A model generated the notes under the pieces. The model searched no databases and was not told where the DNA came from. It saw only the letters and a list, made by a program, of their open reading frames with translations. A stretch of 64,000 nucleotides of DNA from Myxococcota bacterium (GTDB taxonomy: Bacteria > Myxococcota_A > UBA796 > SXON01). Shown one piece after another: positions 26,317 to 34,449 of this stretch (positions are counted from its first letter, which is position 1; each line of letters opens with the position of its first letter). Location of the stretch: positions 32,001 to 96,000 of the forward strand of contig JAZKFH010000013.1 of NCBI GenBank assembly GCA_040386535.1, in the 5' to 3' direction. The position numbers were made by a program, and so were the translations under genes.

Positions 26317-27087
26317 CTACTTGCTGGGGGGCACGGCGGCCGGCGCGGCCGGCGGGGCGCCCATCGAGCCCGGGGGGCCGCCCGCGGGCGGCGCGCCGGC
26401 GGGAGCCGCGCCACCGGGGGGCAGCTCGCCGGGCTTCATCTCGCCGCCAGGGACGCCACCGGCGCCGGGGGGGCCACCGGGCGCGCCGGGCGCGGTCTCG
26501 CCGTCCTTGCCGCCCGGCTTCAGGTCGCCGAGCTCGGGGTTGTCGGACAAGGTGAGATCGAGGCCCGTGATCGGCGTGGAGCCGACCTTGACCAGGTCCT
26601 TCACCCGCGCGGCGGGCTCCCCGGGATCGGGGCCGTTGCCGTTCGCGTCGAGGAACGAGACCACCCAGTACTCGCCGCCGTCCTTGGGGGCCTCGACCTC
26701 CCAGGGGCCGGCCGCAGCGAGCTCGACGGAGTGCACCAGATCGGGGAAGTTGGCCTGCGCCGACTGCTGCAGGAAGTCGATCCGCACGGTGCCGGTCTTG
26801 GAGCCGGCGTAGGTGATGACGCCCGAGAGCTTCACGCCCTCGCCCGCGGTGACCTTGAAGCCGGGGGCCGTGGGGCGGCCGCCGGGGCCACCCGCGCCGC
26901 CCGCGCCACCTTCGCCGCCCGGACCACCGGGGGGGCCGCCCTGGCCGGGGCCGCCGGCCTGACCGGGGTCACCACCGGGTGCGCCGCCGCCCATCGGCTT
27001 GTCGGACATGCCGCCGCCTTCAGGCGCGGCCGTGGGATCGGGGCATCCGCCCAGGACGAGGAGGACGGGGAGTAGACGTGCCAGCAT
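26317..27087 (-). CDS. Gly/Pro-rich lipoprotein with a central beta domain
   Basis: MLARLLPVLLVLGGC lipobox; SFLDANGNGPDPGEP loop. Confidence 0.8.
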   Translation of the reverse strand: MLARLLPVLLVLGGCPDPTAAPEGGGMSDKPMGGGAPGGDPGQAGGPGQGGPPGGPGGEGGAGGAGGPGGRPTAPGFKVTAGEGVKLSGVITYAGSKTGTVRIDFLQQSAQANFPDLVHSVELAAAGPWEVEAPKDGGEYWVVSFLDANGNGPDPGEPAARVKDLVKVGSTPITGLDLTLSDNPELGDLKPGGKDGETAPGAPGGPPGAGGVPGGEMKPGELPPGGAAPAGAPPAGGPPGSMGAPPAAPAAVPPSK

Positions 27088-27174
27088 GCGGACTCCGATA
27101 CGGTGCGGTGCGCGCACTGCATACAAGAGGGGGTGCCTTCGCGTCAATGGGTCACCCTCGCGTCGAGACGGGCG

Positions 27175-27204
27175 TTGACACGCGCGTCGTCGGCGCGGTA
27201 TTCC
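27175..27204 (+). promoter_or_regulatory. Putative sigma70-type promoter of the microcompartment operon
   Basis: TTGACA-N18-TATTCC about 60 bp upstream of the first shell gene. Confidence 0.45.
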
Positions 27205-27262
27205 ACGGGGCCCGCTGCCCGGCCCGTCCGCGCGTGGGTGCCCCGTCCCCAGAGGAGTCCCG

Positions 27263-27877
27263 GTGTCCGTCACGCTTCGCAGCTACGTGTTCCTCGACAG
27301 CCTGCAGCCGCAGCTCGCCGCGTTCACGGGCACGACCGCCAAGGGCTTCCTTCCGCTGGCGGGCATGGCGTCCTTGTGGGTGGAGACCGCGCCCGGAATG
27401 ATCATCAACCGCGTGACCGACGTGGCCCTCAAGGCCACCGCCGCGGTGCCCGCGGTCCAGGTGGTCGAGCGCGCGTTCGGCCTGCTCGAGCTGCATCACG
27501 ACGACAAGGGCGAGGTGCAGGCCGCGGGGGACGCGATCCTGTCCTTCCTGAAGCTGCAGGCGAACCAGTACACGCCGCCCAAGGTGACCTCCAACCAGAT
27601 CATCCGCGCGGTCGAGCCCTTCCAGGCGCAGCTCATCAACCGCAACCGCAGCGGCATGATGCTCCTCCCCGGCCAGAGCCTCTTCATCCTGGAGACCGAG
27701 CCCGCCGCGTGGATCGTGCTCGCGGCGAACGAGGCGGAGAAGGCGGCGCGCGTGAACCTCATCAACATGCAGCCCTACGGCGCCTTCGGGCGCTTGTGGA
27801 TGGCGGGCACCGAGGCCGAGATCGACTGCGCGGCCGCCGCCGCGATCGCCGCCATCGAGGGCACGCGCCCGACGTAG
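27263..27877 (+). CDS. BMC shell protein, circularly permuted tandem domain (BMC-Tdp, CcmP/CsoS1D-like)
   Basis: [59 protein letters not shown]. Confidence 0.93.
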   Translation: MSVTLRSYVFLDSLQPQLAAFTGTTAKGFLPLAGMASLWVETAPGMIINRVTDVALKATAAVPAVQVVERAFGLLELHHDDKGEVQAAGDAILSFLKLQANQYTPPKVTSNQIIRAVEPFQAQLINRNRSGMMLLPGQSLFILETEPAAWIVLAANEAEKAARVNLINMQPYGAFGRLWMAGTEAEIDCAAAAAIAAIEGTRPT

Positions 27878-27970
27878 AAAGCGTCGGCGCTGCTCGGCAT
27901 CTGTTCTGCTTGATCCTTATTGTCCGACCCTTTCAGTTTGACCCTGTGACCCTGATTTGGAGACGTGGAA

Positions 27971-28264
27971 ATGTCTGACGCGCTGGGAATGATCGAGACC
28001 AAGGGCTTCGTCGCCATGGTCGAAGCCGCGGACGCGATGGTGAAGGCCGCGCGCGTGGAGCTCGTGGGCTACGAGAAGACCGGTGGTGGCTACGTGACCG
28101 CCATCGTGCGCGGCGACGTCGCGGCGGTGAAGGCCGCGACCGAGGCCGGCGCCCGCCAGGCGCAGCGCATCGGCGAGCTCGTGTCGGTGCACGTCATCCC
28201 GCGCCCGCACGAGAACATCGACATGGTGCTCCCGCTCGGCCGCAAGTCCGACGCGGCGAAGTAG
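27971..28264 (+). CDS. BMC shell hexamer protein (BMC-H)
   Basis: ALGMIETKG…[12 protein letters not shown]…[23 protein letters not shown]…HVIPRPH. Confidence 0.97.
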   Translation: MSDALGMIETKGFVAMVEAADAMVKAARVELVGYEKTGGGYVTAIVRGDVAAVKAATEAGARQAQRIGELVSVHVIPRPHENIDMVLPLGRKSDAAK

Positions 28265-28270
28265 CTCGCC

Positions 28271-28567
28271 ATGAAGCTCGGCAGGGTGGTCGGGACCGTC
28301 GTCGCTTCCCGCAAGGACGAGAAGCTCGAGGGGTTGCGCCTCTACATGGTGCAGGATCTCTCGCTCGGCATCGCCGGGCGGGACTCCTTCGTCGTGGCCG
28401 TCGACTCGGTCGGAGCCGGCGTGAACGAGGTCGTGCTCTACGCCTCCGGATCGAGCGCGCGCCAGACCCGCGAGACGGACGGCCGCCCCGTCGATGCCGT
28501 GATCATGGCCATCGTCGACACTGTCGAGGTCAACGGCGCCGTCGCCTACGACAAGTCCGGGGACTGA
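28271..28567 (+). CDS. BMC vertex pentamer protein (BMC-P, EutN/CcmL family) #1
   Basis: [15 protein letters not shown]…[12 protein letters not shown]…[11 protein letters not shown]. Confidence 0.95.
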   Translation: MKLGRVVGTVVASRKDEKLEGLRLYMVQDLSLGIAGRDSFVVAVDSVGAGVNEVVLYASGSSARQTRETDGRPVDAVIMAIVDTVEVNGAVAYDKSGD

Positions 28568-28570
28568 TCC

Positions 28571-30007
28571 ATGGAACGCCAGCAGATCGAGTCCCTGGTC
28601 GAGAAGGTGCTGGCCCGCTTGCAGGCCGGCGACTCCTCCGGGGCCTCCCAGAACGGGGCCTCCCAGAAGGGCGCCGCCGCCGAGCCGCCGAGCAAGCCGC
28701 ACGGCGTCTACAAGTCCGTGTCCGACGCCGTGGGCGCCGCGCGTCTCGCGCAGCTCACGCTCGCGGCGCTCCCGCTCGAGAAGCGGCGCGAGATCATCGC
28801 GAACATCCGCCGTCGCTGCGCGGAAGACGTGCTGGCGCTCTCGCGCATGGCGGTCGCGGAGACCGGCCTCGGCCGGGTCGAGGACAAGGTCAAGAAGAAC
28901 CTCCTCGTCATCCATCGCACGCCCGGGCCCGAGATCCTCGAGCCCATCGCGTACACCGGTGACGACGGGCTCACGCTCATCGAGCGCGCGCCCTACGGGG
29001 TCATCGCGGCCATCACGCCGACGACCAACCCCACCGAGACCATCATCTGCAACGGCATCGGCATGGTGTCCGGCGCCAACACGGTGGTGTTCAACACCCA
29101 CCCCTCCGCCAAGGGGGTGAGCGCCTACACGATCGATCTGATCAACCGCGCGTCGATGGAGGTCGGCGGGCCCGACGACATCATGACGTGTATCGCCAGC
29201 CCGACCATCGAGTCCGCCAACGAGCTGCTCCGGTTCCCCGGCATCCGGCTCAACGTCGTGACCGGCGGCCCCGCGGTGGTGAAGGCGGCGCTCGCCGCCA
29301 ACAAGAAGGCGATCTGTGGCGGCCCGGGCAACCCCCCGGTGGTGGTCGACGAGACCGCCGACATCGACCAGGCGGCGCGCGGCATCATCGCGGGCGCCAG
29401 CTTCGACAACAACATCATCTGTTGTGACGAGAAAGAGGTGTTCGTCGTCGAGAAGGTGGCCGACAAGCTGCTCGACACGATGGACCGCGCGGGCGCCGTG
29501 CGCCTCCGCAACCACCAGATCACGCGCCTGATGAAGCTGGTGCTCACGCCGGACGGCGAGCACGTCAACAGCAAGTGGGTCGGCAAGAACGCCAGCCAGT
29601 ACCTGCGCGAGATCGACGTGCCGTTCCAAGGCGATCCGCGCCTCATCACGTGTGAGGTCCCGTTCGATCACCCGTTCGTGCAGCACGAGCTCCTCATGCC
29701 CATCATGGGCGTGGTGCGCGTGAAGGACGTGCACGAGGGCATCGACATGGCGATCCGGGCGGAGCACGGCTTCGGCCACACCGCGTCGATGTACAGCAAG
29801 AACATCGACTCGTTGCACCGCATGGCGCGCGCCGCGAACGTCTCCATCTTCGTGAAGAACGCCCCCAACTACGCCGGCCTCGGCTTCGGCGGCGAGGGCT
29901 ACACCAGCTTCACGATCGCGTCGCCCACCGGCGAGGGCCTCACGACCGCCCGCAACTTCACCCGTGAGCGCCGCTGTACGTTGGCGGGCCACTTCAGGAT
30001 TGTGTGA
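28571..30007 (+). CDS. CoA-acylating aldehyde dehydrogenase (EutE/PduP-like) with N-terminal encapsulation peptide
   Basis: ITPTTNPTET, TGGPAVV, GPGNPPVVVD, SFDNNIICCDEKE, GGEGYTSFTIASPTGEG, RRC; N-terminus MERQQIESLVEKVLARLQ. Confidence 0.95.
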   Translation: MERQQIESLVEKVLARLQAGDSSGASQNGASQKGAAAEPPSKPHGVYKSVSDAVGAARLAQLTLAALPLEKRREIIANIRRRCAEDVLALSRMAVAETGLGRVEDKVKKNLLVIHRTPGPEILEPIAYTGDDGLTLIERAPYGVIAAITPTTNPTETIICNGIGMVSGANTVVFNTHPSAKGVSAYTIDLINRASMEVGGPDDIMTCIASPTIESANELLRFPGIRLNVVTGGPAVVKAALAANKKAICGGPGNPPVVVDETADIDQAARGIIAGASFDNNIICCDEKEVFVVEKVADKLLDTMDRAGAVRLRNHQITRLMKLVLTPDGEHVNSKWVGKNASQYLREIDVPFQGDPRLITCEVPFDHPFVQHELLMPIMGVVRVKDVHEGIDMAIRAEHGFGHTASMYSKNIDSLHRMARAANVSIFVKNAPNYAGLGFGGEGYTSFTIASPTGEGLTTARNFTRERRCTLAGHFRIV

Positions 30008-30016
30008 AGGCGCGAA

Positions 30017-30604
30017 TTGGCTGACGCGACCCTGATGGACGCCCTCGCGCTCCTCGAGATCGACTCGATCGCGCGGGGCTACCGCGTGCTCGACGCGATG
30101 GTGAAGGAGTCGCCGATCACGGTCGTGGCGGCGAACCTAGTGGAGCCCGGCAAGTACCTGATCCTCTTCGGGGGAGGCGTCGCCGAGGTCGACGCCGCCT
30201 ACAAGATCGGGCTCGACGTGGCGGCGGACACCGTGGTCGACCGCGTGTTCCTGCCCGGGGTCCATCCCCGCATCTGGACCGCGCTCGCCGGCGTGCGGAT
30301 CTCCCAGGACATCGACACCATCGGCATCATCGAGTCGTCGTCGGTCGCGGGCGTCATCGAGGCGGCGGATCGCAGCTTGAAGGAGGCCCACGTGGCGCTG
30401 CTCGGGCTTCGCGTGGCACCGGGGCTCGGCGGCAAGGGCTTCTACGTGGTGGATGGCCAGCAGTACGACGTTGAGGCGGCGATAGAGGCCGGCACCGCCG
30501 TGCTCGAGGGCCGCGGCCGGCTCGTCCGCGCGGAGCGCATCGCGCGTCCCCACCCCGACTTCCTCGCGCACCTGTTGCGCCCCGCGCCTTTCGGAGGGTC
30601 CTGA
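30017..30604 (+). CDS. BMC shell tandem-domain protein (BMC-Ts, PduT-like)
   Basis: LEIDSIARG…DAMVK…EPGKY…GGVAEV; second domain AADRSLK…GLGGKG; start may be ATG 30035. Confidence 0.92.
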   Translation: MADATLMDALALLEIDSIARGYRVLDAMVKESPITVVAANLVEPGKYLILFGGGVAEVDAAYKIGLDVAADTVVDRVFLPGVHPRIWTALAGVRISQDIDTIGIIESSSVAGVIEAADRSLKEAHVALLGLRVAPGLGGKGFYVVDGQQYDVEAAIEAGTAVLEGRGRLVRAERIARPHPDFLAHLLRPAPFGGS

Positions 30605-30900
30605 TGCAGCTCGCGCGCGTGCTCGGCTCCGTCGTCGCCACCATCAAGCACGAGAGCCTCGTCGGGGTTCGCCTGCTGCTGATCCAGCCGCAGGACGAGA
30701 ACGGCGTCCACGACGGCGACCCGATCGTGGCCGCTGACGCGCTCCAGGCCGGCACCGGGGACCTCGTGGAGTGGACCACGGGCCGCGAGGCCGCGTTGAC
30801 CCTGCCCGACACCTACTCCCCGGTCGACACCGCGGTGGTGTCGATCGTCGACCACGCCTGGAGCGACAAGAGGTACCTCGGTTCGAAGGAGGGGGGATGA
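30604..30900 (+). CDS. BMC-P (EutN/CcmL family) #2
   Basis: MQLARVLGSVVATIK…AADALQAGTGD…PVDTAVVSIVD. Confidence 0.93.
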   Translation: MQLARVLGSVVATIKHESLVGVRLLLIQPQDENGVHDGDPIVAADALQAGTGDLVEWTTGREAALTLPDTYSPVDTAVVSIVDHAWSDKRYLGSKEGG

Positions 30901-31172
30901 TCCTCGGTCGTGTCATCGGCAACGTCGTGAGCACGGTCAAGCACCCGTGCTTCGAGGGCCGCAGCGTGCTCATCGTCCAGCCGGTGCTCCCCGACGGCCA
31001 CACGCCCAAGGGCGCCAGCTTCCTCTCGGTGGACAGCGTGCAGGCCGGCGTGGGTGACCTCGTCCTCGCCGCGCGCGAAGGCAACACCGCCCGCCAGATC
31101 CTCGGCAGTGACGCGGATCCGCTGCACTCGGTGATCCTCGCGATCGTGGACATGGTCACGCACGAGGCCTAG
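30897..31172 (+). CDS. BMC-P (EutN/CcmL family) #3
   Basis: MILGRVIGNVVSTVKH…SVDSVQAGVGD…VILAIVD; ATGA overlap. Confidence 0.93.
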   Translation: MILGRVIGNVVSTVKHPCFEGRSVLIVQPVLPDGHTPKGASFLSVDSVQAGVGDLVLAAREGNTARQILGSDADPLHSVILAIVDMVTHEA

Positions 31173-31232
31173 CGGCCAGAGGAGCGCCCGATTCGACGGC
31201 GACCGGGCTACCATGGGGGCGGAGGAGCCCGC

Positions 31233-32051
31233 GTGCAGAAGGCCGACCGAACATCCGCACCTGGTGTCCTGGCGCTCCTGATCGGCGCGGTCATCTCCAT
31301 CGCGACGACGTGCGGGCCCCCCGATCGCGTGCCTCCGCCCTTCTTCGACACGGGCGGGGGCGGTGGTGGCGGCGGCGGGGGCGGCACCGAAGAGGATGTC
31401 GGCTACACCCTCGGAGACGAGGGCGCCTTCACGCTCCGCTCGGTCGGGGACACGGTCGTCCGCACCGTGCGCGTGACGCTGAACGAGGACTGCTTGACGG
31501 AGGTGCCCGAGTACCTCTGGGGGTATCCATCGGGGTGGGTGGTGCTCGCGGTGGACGTGAACAACGGGCTCCCGGATGGCGACACCGGGGCGGAAGACAC
31601 CGCGGTCGACACGGCTGCCGAGGACACGGCGGCCGAGGACACGGCGACGGACGACACGGCGACCCCCGACACCGGCGTGGACACCGCGACGGCTGACACC
31701 GGCGCCGACGACACCGGCGCCGACGACACCGCCGACACTGGCGCCGACACCGCCGACACCGGCCCCGCTCCCGACGCACGCTACCGCGTCTCCATGACGC
31801 GGAACGACGGCGTCGTCGTGCTGGATGACCGCTTCCGTCTCGACGGCGGGGCCGCGACGCGCACCAACGCGTCGGATCTCGCGCCCTTCGAGGGCTGCAC
31901 GCGCGACGCGCCGTGCGAGCGCAGCTGGGAGGTGGCCGTGACGCTCACCGAGGGCGAAGCCATCCACGGCACGCTCGACGTGCACGCCCACATCGAGCTG
32001 TGCAGCTCCGGGCCGGGGGATGCCTCCCACATCTCGGTCGCGGTGGAGTAG
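31233..32051 (+). CDS. Probable lipoprotein with poly-Gly and DTG/DTA repeat insert
   Basis: Hydrophobic leader ending ATTC; repeats at 31581-31763. Confidence 0.75.
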   Translation: MQKADRTSAPGVLALLIGAVISIATTCGPPDRVPPPFFDTGGGGGGGGGGGTEEDVGYTLGDEGAFTLRSVGDTVVRTVRVTLNEDCLTEVPEYLWGYPSGWVVLAVDVNNGLPDGDTGAEDTAVDTAAEDTAAEDTATDDTATPDTGVDTATADTGADDTGADDTADTGADTADTGPAPDARYRVSMTRNDGVVVLDDRFRLDGGAATRTNASDLAPFEGCTRDAPCERSWEVAVTLTEGEAIHGTLDVHAHIELCSSGPGDASHISVAVE

Positions 32052-32109
32052 CTCCCGGTCGGTGGACAACCAGTAGCCACCGACGCGCTGCCGACGATAG
32101 GAGGCGGGG

Positions 32110-32871
32110 ATGGAAGAAGCGCTTCGACGCGACATCGCCGCCGTGTGCCTCAAGGTCGCGGCCCGCGGCTGGGTGGCGAACCACGACGGCAACGCGAGCG
32201 CCCGGCTTCGCCAGGACTCCGGCGGGGAGCGCTTCGTCGCGAGCCCCACCGCCGTGCACAAGGGTGACGTGCGGGCAGAGATGGCCGTGGTCCTCGACGC
32301 CGACGGCAAGGTCATCGCCGGCGAGCGCAAGGTGTTCAGCGAGATCGCGCTGCACCTCGCGTGCTACCGCGCGCGCGCCGACATCGGGTTCGTGCTGCAC
32401 GCGCACCCGCCCACCGCTACCGGCTGGGCAGTCGCCGGCGAGAGCTTCTTCGACCCTCCGTTCCTCGCCGAGCCGGTCGTTACCCTCGGGGAGTCCATCC
32501 CGTTGGTGCCCTACGCCGCGCCGGGGGGCTCCACCACGGAGCTCGAGGCCGCCATCACGCGCTGCGATGCCGTGCTGCTCGGCAACCACGGCGTGCTCAC
32601 CGTCGGAAAGGACGCCGAGCAGGCTTTCCTGCGCATGGAGCTCGTCGAGCACCTCGCCCGCATCGCGCTCGTGGCGCGGCAGGTGGGCGGTGCGCGCGCC
32701 ATCCCCCGGGAGGATGTCGAGAAGCTCCTCGCCGCCCGCGCCAAGGCTGGCCTCGCACCCCGACCCGCCGGGGAGTCGGCTTCAGTCGAGTCGAGCTGCG
32801 CGCCCGCGGGCGCGTCGTCCCGCCCGGACGTGTCCTCGGTGGTCCGCGACGCGCTCAAGCGGCTCGGGTAG
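32110..32871 (+). CDS. Class II aldolase/adducin-family protein with C-terminal encapsulation peptide
   Basis: DGNASAR, FSEIALH, LHAHP, LLGNHGV; tail DVSSVVRDALKRLG. Confidence 0.92.
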   Translation: MEEALRRDIAAVCLKVAARGWVANHDGNASARLRQDSGGERFVASPTAVHKGDVRAEMAVVLDADGKVIAGERKVFSEIALHLACYRARADIGFVLHAHPPTATGWAVAGESFFDPPFLAEPVVTLGESIPLVPYAAPGGSTTELEAAITRCDAVLLGNHGVLTVGKDAEQAFLRMELVEHLARIALVARQVGGARAIPREDVEKLLAARAKAGLAPRPAGESASVESSCAPAGASSRPDVSSVVRDALKRLG

Positions 32872-32886
32872 GGCCGCCCCCGCCGT

Positions 32887-33543
32887 TCAGAAGCGCAGCC
32901 CGACCTCGGCCGCCAGCTTCGGGGTGCCTCGCACGAGCGACCACATCCCGACGCCCTGGACGTACCAGCGGTCGGGAGCGTAGCGCCACGTCACCCCTGG
33001 CGAGAACAGCGACTCGACGCCGAAGCGCAGGCTGTGGCGGGCTCCCAGGCGTACGCCGAGGCCGAAGGAGGAGCCCACGAGCGGCACGTGGAGCGGGTTC
33101 ACGAGGGGGTTGACGCTGGTGGCCACGAGGGGGAGCGACGCGTCGAAGCGGAAGGTCTCGCCGCCACCCTCCAGCGCGACGCCGACCCCGGCGCCGAGCG
33201 CGCCCGCCGCGTCCACGGGGGCCAAGGTGACGAGGTCGTCATCCACGGCGCCGAACACGAAGGGCGCGAAGCGGAACGTGTCGGTCTGGACGACGTTGTA
33301 GCGCAGCCCGAGCAGCAGCCCGCCCAGGGGCTCCATCAGGCCACCGGAGATTGCGAGGCGATCGGTGATGCCGACGGCGCCGCGCAAGGTGGCCGCCACG
33401 CCGGGCGTCTCGCCGCCGGTGACGACGGCGCCGATCGCGACCTGGCCGGACCCGGGGGGCTGGGCCACCGCGGTCGGCATCACGAGCGTCGGCACCAGCT
33501 CGGCGGCGAGCGCCGGTGCCGTGAGGAGAAGCGCGAGCAGCGT
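32887..33543 (-). CDS. Probable outer-membrane beta-barrel protein; start codon abnormal (ACG) or at GTG 33495
   Basis: Amphipathic strands ending AEVGLRF; in-frame signal peptide (T)LLALLLTAPALA upstream of the ORF-track start. Confidence 0.7.
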   Translation of the reverse strand, partial: TLLALLLTAPALAAELVPTLVMPTAVAQPPGSGQVAIGAVVTGGETPGVAATLRGAVGITDRLAISGGLMEPLGGLLLGLRYNVVQTDTFRFAPFVFGAVDDDLVTLAPVDAAGALGAGVGVALEGGGETFRFDASLPLVATSVNPLVNPLHVPLVGSSFGLGVRLGARHSLRFGVESLFSPGVTWRYAPDRWYVQGVGMWSLVRGTPKLAAEVGLRF

Positions 33544-34401
33544 CTACGCCGAGGGCCGACGCCGCGCGGCCAACGAGAGGAGGCCGAACGCCAACAGCGC
33601 GTACATGCCGCCGTCGGACCCGGTGCTGGCGCACCCGCAGCCGCTGCTCCCACCGTCATCCCCGCCGTCGTCCCCCGCTACGACCCGCACGCTGTCGGGC
33701 GAGGACGTGTCCACGCCGTCCGACACGGTCAGCGTGATCTCGTAGGTGCCGGCCACGTCCGCGGTGAACCGGGGGGTGGCGGAGGTGGACGACGAGAGGG
33801 TCGCGGAGGAGCCGGACGGGCGTGTGACCATCGACCAGGCGAACTGGAGCGGGTCGGTCTCGGGGTCCGACGAAGAGGAGCCGTTCAGGTTCACCGAGAC
33901 GCCGACGTCGACGGTCTGATCGGGCCCGGCATTGGCGACGGGCGAGCCGTTGTTCTCCGTGGCGGTGATCTCGACCGTGTCCTCGTCGCTGTCGAGCGCG
34001 CCGTCGCTCACGATGAGGCCGATGACGTAGCGGCCGGCCGTGTCGGGGATGAGCTGGGGGCCCGGCATGTCGGCGTCGACCAGCGTGGCGGAGGACGCGC
34101 TCGGCTGCGTGACGATGCGCCACGTGTAGTCGAGGGGATCCTCGTCGGGGTCGAAGGAGCCGGCGCCGTCGAGCGAGACGACCACGCCCACGCTCCCGTC
34201 GTCATCCGCGCCGGCGTCCGCTACGGGGGCCTGGTTCCCGTCCACCGCGCTGTCGAGGGGATCGCCGCTGTCGAGCGGCACGCCGCTGTCGAGGTTGCGG
34301 CCCTCGCCGTCCTTGCGGTCGGGGTTGGACTCGAGGCCGAAGCAGCCGCTCAACAGGAGTAGGAGGGTCACGGGGGCACGATACCGAAGCGGGAGGTCCA
34401 T
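33544..34401 (-). CDS. Lipoprotein with two PKD/K319-like Ig repeats and a MYXO-CTERM-like tail
   Basis: LLSGC lipobox; PVADAG…LDGAGSFDPDED and PVANAGPDQ…SSSDPE; tail GCGCAST…LLAFGLLSLAARRR. Confidence 0.88.
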   Translation of the reverse strand: MDLPLRYRAPVTLLLLLSGCFGLESNPDRKDGEGRNLDSGVPLDSGDPLDSAVDGNQAPVADAGADDDGSVGVVVSLDGAGSFDPDEDPLDYTWRIVTQPSASSATLVDADMPGPQLIPDTAGRYVIGLIVSDGALDSDEDTVEITATENNGSPVANAGPDQTVDVGVSVNLNGSSSSDPETDPLQFAWSMVTRPSGSSATLSSSTSATPRFTADVAGTYEITLTVSDGVDTSSPDSVRVVAGDDGGDDGGSSGCGCASTGSDGGMYALLAFGLLSLAARRRPSA

Positions 34402-34449
34402 GGCCAGTGTTCTTGTAGGGTCAGGGCTTCGTGGGGGTCAGGGCCGTCG

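Noticed and set aside
27263..32871. Carboxysome, Eut or Pdu assignment for the BMC
   Set aside because: No RuBisCO, carbonic anhydrase, ethanolamine ammonia-lyase or diol dehydratase is in the locus.
33544..33546. Pyrrolysine or stop-codon recoding at the in-frame TAG
   Set aside because: Many genes here end normally in TAG, no pyl genes are seen, and the upstream protein ends in a complete sorting tail.
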